64,000 bases of DNA from an uncultured delta proteobacterium (lineage in GTDB: Bacteria; Desulfobacterota; Binatia; Binatales; Binataceae). Positions within the stretch are counted from its first letter, which is position 1; each line of letters starts with the position of its first letter. Below, in pieces: positions 60,415 through 64,000 of this stretch. The stretch covers positions 1,216,001 to 1,280,000 of the forward strand of contig CAVRVY010000003.1 of assembly GCA_963724765.1 (NCBI GenBank). The letters run 5' to 3'. A program made the position numbers and the translations under genes. A model generated the notes under the pieces. The model was given only the letters and a program-made list of their open reading frames with translations. It was not told the origin of the DNA and did no database searches.

Positions 60415-61593
60415 ATGGGAGTTTTGTCCGGCTATAAAATCGTCGAATTCGCGGGTATCGGCCCCGCACCGATGTGCGCGATGCTGCTCTCGGACATGGG
60501 AGCCGAGGTCCTGCGTTTGGACCGCGCCGAGGATGCGAACCTCGGAATCAGCACCGAGTCGAAGTACAATCTGCTTGGCCGCGGCCGCCGCTCGGTGGCG
60601 ATCGATCTCAAGCGCCGCGAGGGCACCGAACTCGCGCTCAAGCTGATCGAACGGGCCGACGCGTTACTCGAGGGATTCCGGCCCGGCGTGATGGAGCGTC
60701 TGGGACTCGGTCCCGACGTGTGCCAGGCGCGCAATCCGAAGCTGGTCTATGGGCGGATGACAGGCTGGGGACAGGACGGACCGCTAGCGCTCGCCGCCGG
60801 CCACGACATCAACTACATCGCGCTCACCGGCGCGCTGCATTCGATCGGACGGCGTGGCGAGGCGCCGGTGCCGCCGCTCAACCTGGTCGGCGATTTCGGC
60901 GGCGGCGGGGTGTATCTCGCGCTCGGAGTGGTGGCGGGATTGCTCGAAGCGCAGAAATCGGGCAAGGGCCAGGTGATCGACGTCGCGATGATCGACGGTG
61001 CGTCGTCGTTGATGGCCGGAATTTATGGCTTGCGCGGCGCTGGCGTGTGGAACGACAACCGCGGCGAGAACATCCTCGATACCGGCGCGCACTACTACAA
61101 CGTCTACGAGACCAGCGACGGCAAGTACGTCTCGATCGGTTCGATCGAGGGCAAGTTCTACGCCGAACTGCTGCGGCTCACCGGACTGGAGGGCGAGAAG
61201 CTGCCGCGCCAGAATGATCGCACGCAATGGCCCGCGTTCCAGGAACGGCTCGCGGCGGTGTTCAAGACCAAGACCCGCGACCAGTGGTGCGCGATCATGG
61301 AGGGCAGTGAAGTTTGCTTCGCGCCCGTGCTGACCATGATTGAGGCGCCGCAGCATTCGCACAACCGTCATCGCGGGACCTTCGTCGAGGTCGACGGGGT
61401 GGTGCAGCCGGCGCCGGCGCCGCGCTTCAGCCGCACGCCGAGCAAGATCCAGCGCCCGCCGGCACGCCCGGGCGAGCATACCGAAGAAGGGTTGCGAGAG
61501 TGGGGTTTCAGCGTCTCCGAGCTGGAGCAATTGCGCTCAAGCGGTGCGATCGGCGTCCGCAGCGCGGAGGCCAAGGCGGCGGCGGGACGTTAG
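60415..61593 (+). CDS. CoA-transferase family III (alpha-methylacyl-CoA racemase-like)
   Basis: AGIGPAP, EGFRPGVMERLGLGP, GHDINY, PPLNLVGDFGGG. Confidence 0.94.
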   Translation: MGVLSGYKIVEFAGIGPAPMCAMLLSDMGAEVLRLDRAEDANLGISTESKYNLLGRGRRSVAIDLKRREGTELALKLIERADALLEGFRPGVMERLGLGPDVCQARNPKLVYGRMTGWGQDGPLALAAGHDINYIALTGALHSIGRRGEAPVPPLNLVGDFGGGGVYLALGVVAGLLEAQKSGKGQVIDVAMIDGASSLMAGIYGLRGAGVWNDNRGENILDTGAHYYNVYETSDGKYVSIGSIEGKFYAELLRLTGLEGEKLPRQNDRTQWPAFQERLAAVFKTKTRDQWCAIMEGSEVCFAPVLTMIEAPQHSHNRHRGTFVEVDGVVQPAPAPRFSRTPSKIQRPPARPGEHTEEGLREWGFSVSELEQLRSSGAIGVRSAEAKAAAGR

Positions 61594-61654
61594 CGGCGGT
61601 CGCCCGATGCGGCGCCGTCGCAAGTAAGCTTGCCGGCCGTCCGGGGCGCTACCT

Positions 61655-62341
61655 TCATCGGGTTCGAAGCAACGCGGGCAAGTCGTAGCCGGCGAGGTCG
61701 CCGATCCGTTCGATGGTGATGTCGGGCGTCGGATAGCTCGCTACGTCGTCGGCGTGCGCATAGTGCCCCTGGCGCGGGAAGACCGTGGTCACGCGCTCGC
61801 CCAAGGCTTTTTTCACCGCCGCCAGGATTCGAACCTTGTCGTCGACCAGCACGTAGTGCGTCGCCGGGTAGCGGCGCTCGACGTCCTCGAGCTCCTGCTC
61901 CTTGTGGATGTAAATCAGCGCGCGCCCGTCGACCGCCTCGAACAGTCCCGAACGCCTGACCTTGCGCGGCTGGAACACCACGTCGCCGTCGGACAGGATG
62001 ACGGTCGGTCCAAAGGCGGCGAGATGCTCGATCACGTCGAGCGAGCCGGGATAGAGCCGGTTGGCGAACGGATAGTCGATCAGGTACGAGGAGACCTCGA
62101 ACAGATGGGTATCGTGGGGATGCTCGACGCGATAGCGCTGCAGGGCGCCCAGGTAGTCGGCGTATCCGAGTTCCTTTCGCAACTCTTCGAAGATCGCCCA
62201 ATAGCGCTCCTGCGGATCGGCGCCGACCTCGCGCGTCAGATGGCGCCTCAAGTCATCTGACACGCGGTCGTTGTCGAGCAGCGTGTTGTCGACGTCGAGC
62301 AGGAACACTACCGGGCTTGGGGACTTCGATGGCGGTGGCAT
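61655..62341 (-). CDS. HAD-superfamily hydrolase
   Basis: AGGAG RBS; LLDVDNTL motif I, SDGD, VDDK. Confidence 0.9.
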   Translation of the reverse strand: MPPPSKSPSPVVFLLDVDNTLLDNDRVSDDLRRHLTREVGADPQERYWAIFEELRKELGYADYLGALQRYRVEHPHDTHLFEVSSYLIDYPFANRLYPGSLDVIEHLAAFGPTVILSDGDVVFQPRKVRRSGLFEAVDGRALIYIHKEQELEDVERRYPATHYVLVDDKVRILAAVKKALGERVTTVFPRQGHYAHADDVASYPTPDITIERIGDLAGYDLPALLRTR

Positions 62342-62541
62342 AACTCGACTCCTCGCTTGGGGGGGGGGCGGAATCGCGCCCGCTAATAAGATCGCAGGCG
62401 GCGGCGGCATCAACAAGCGTCCCGGCCCGTCCGCGGACGCTTCTCGCGCGCGCAAATTTGCGCTATCTGGCGTCATGGCCGTGGCCCGCAGGCGAGCGGC
62501 CCGCTCCAGCAGCAATTGAGAGCGTGCAACGGAGGTTCCGG

Positions 62542-64000
62542 ATGAAACGCGAGACATCCGAGACGGAAAGTGAGCGCCGATCCGCCCGGCCGTTCACCGG
62601 CAAGCAATTCCTGGAAAGCATCCGCGATTCGCGCGAGGTCTGGATTTATGGCGAGCGCGTCAAGGACGTGACCACGCATCCGGCGTTTCGCAACTCGGCG
62701 CGGATGCTGGCGCGGATGTACGACGCCCTGCATGATCCGCAAAAGAGCCCGGTGCTCACCGCGCCCACCGATACCGGCAACGGTGGTTTCACGCACAAGT
62801 TCTACAAGGTCCCGCGCACTGCGGAGGACCTGGTGGGCGCGCGCGACGCGATCGCCGAGTGGGCGAGAATCTCATACGGCTGGCTCGGACGGTCGCCCGA
62901 CTACAAGGCAAGCCTCACCGGTACGCTGGGAGCCAACGCGGAATTTTATGCGCCCTACCAGCAGAACGCGCTCCGCTGGTATCGCGAGGCGCAGGAAAAA
63001 TGCCTGTTCCTCAACCACGCTTTGGTTAATCCGCCGACCGACCGCAGCAAATCGCCCGACGAAGTGACCGACGTCTTCGCGCACGTCGAGAACGAAACCG
63101 ACGCCGGCGTGATCGTCAGCGGCGCCAAGGTCGTGGCGACCGGCTCGGCGCTCACCCATTACAATTTCATCGGCTTCTACGGCCCGACACCGCTCGGCAA
63201 GCCGGAGCTCGCGATTTTCGCGATGATTCCGATGGACACGCGCGGAGTCAAGCTCATCTGCCGTCCGTCGTACGAATTGATGGCGGCGACGATAGGCAGT
63301 CCGTTCGACTACCCGCTCTCCTCGCGCCTGGACGAGAACGACGCCGTCCTCATCCTCGACAAGGCGCTGGTGCCGTGGGAGAACCTCTTCGTTTACCGCG
63401 ACGTCGAAAAGGCCAACACCTTCTTTCCCCGCTCGGGCTTCATTCCCCGCTTCACGCTGCATGGATGCACCCGGCTTGCGGTGAAGCTCGATTTTCTGGC
63501 CGGCCTGATTCTCAAGGCGATCGACGCGATCGGCTCAAAAGAGCTGCGCTCGGCCCAGGTGCAGGCGGGCGAGGTACTGGCATGGCGCAACGTGTTCTGG
63601 GGGCTGACTGACGCGATGGCCAGGACGCCCGACCCGTGGGTGAACGGCACGGTCCTGCCCAAGGCCGAGTATGGGATGGCGTATCGCTTTCTTGCGACCA
63701 CCGCCTATCCGCGGATCAAGGAAATCGCCGAGCAGACCATCTCGAGCGGTCTCATCTATCTCAACTCTCACGCCGCCGATTTCAAGAATCCGGAATTGCG
63801 CCCGTATCTCGACAAATATCTGCGCGGCTCGAACGGTTACGACGCGCTCGAGCGGGTCAAGCTGCTCAAGGTCTTGTGGGACGCGATCGGAACCGAGTTC
63901 GGCGGACGCCACGAACTTTACGAGCGCAACTACGCCGGCAACTACGAGAACATCAGGCTCGAGAATCTGCCGATGGCGCTCGCCACCGGCCGTGCGGAGG
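62542..64000 (+). CDS. hpaB: 4-hydroxyphenylacetate 3-hydroxylase-family FADH2-dependent monooxygenase (3'-truncated by window edge; absent from ORF track)
   Basis: GGAGG RBS; manual translation [76 protein letters not shown]. Confidence 0.9.
   Translation, partial: MKRETSETESERRSARPFTGKQFLESIRDSREVWIYGERVKDVTTHPAFRNSARMLARMYDALHDPQKSPVLTAPTDTGNGGFTHKFYKVPRTAEDLVGARDAIAEWARISYGWLGRSPDYKASLTGTLGANAEFYAPYQQNALRWYREAQEKCLFLNHALVNPPTDRSKSPDEVTDVFAHVENETDAGVIVSGAKVVATGSALTHYNFIGFYGPTPLGKPELAIFAMIPMDTRGVKLICRPSYELMAATIGSPFDYPLSSRLDENDAVLILDKALVPWENLFVYRDVEKANTFFPRSGFIPRFTLHGCTRLAVKLDFLAGLILKAIDAIGSKELRSAQVQAGEVLAWRNVFWGLTDAMARTPDPWVNGTVLPKAEYGMAYRFLATTAYPRIKEIAEQTISSGLIYLNSHAADFKNPELRPYLDKYLRGSNGYDALERVKLLKVLWDAIGTEFGGRHELYERNYAGNYENIRLENLPMALATGRAE

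Overview
GC-rich bacterial chromosomal window with about 65 protein-coding genes. Gene content resembles Deltaproteobacteria-like or Binatota soil bacteria (inference only). No rRNA, tRNA, CRISPR array, transposase or integrase was recognised. Most of the window is metabolic or housekeeping: sppA, fur, hisH-hisF-ribH, metH, tatD, threonine dehydratase, gmd, CoA-transferases, esterases and an hpaB-like monooxygenase. Five regions stand out. (1) At ~10.3-13.1 kb, a more AT-rich Dam methylase + small PD-(D/E)XK nuclease + Schlafen/AlbA_2 cassette is bracketed by a 30-bp imperfect direct repeat from the 3' end of a DsbA-like gene and followed by the orphaned 3' end of a different, older dam gene; this looks like a defence cassette that replaced a resident dam. 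(2) An ECF sigma factor is translationally coupled to an Ogt protein with a C-terminal Ada Zn-binding domain. (3) Three tandem glycine-zipper/poly-Gln lipoproteins. (4) A rubrerythrin / Fe-S oxidoreductase / DUF3501 operon has a perfect Fur-type box over its promoter. (5) A rearranged complex I cluster encodes only the soluble arm (nuoB, G, I, C, D, fused EF), with an MFS gene where nuoH normally lies. Short, progressively drifting tandem repeats recur across the window. All family calls come from motif recognition by eye, not database searches.
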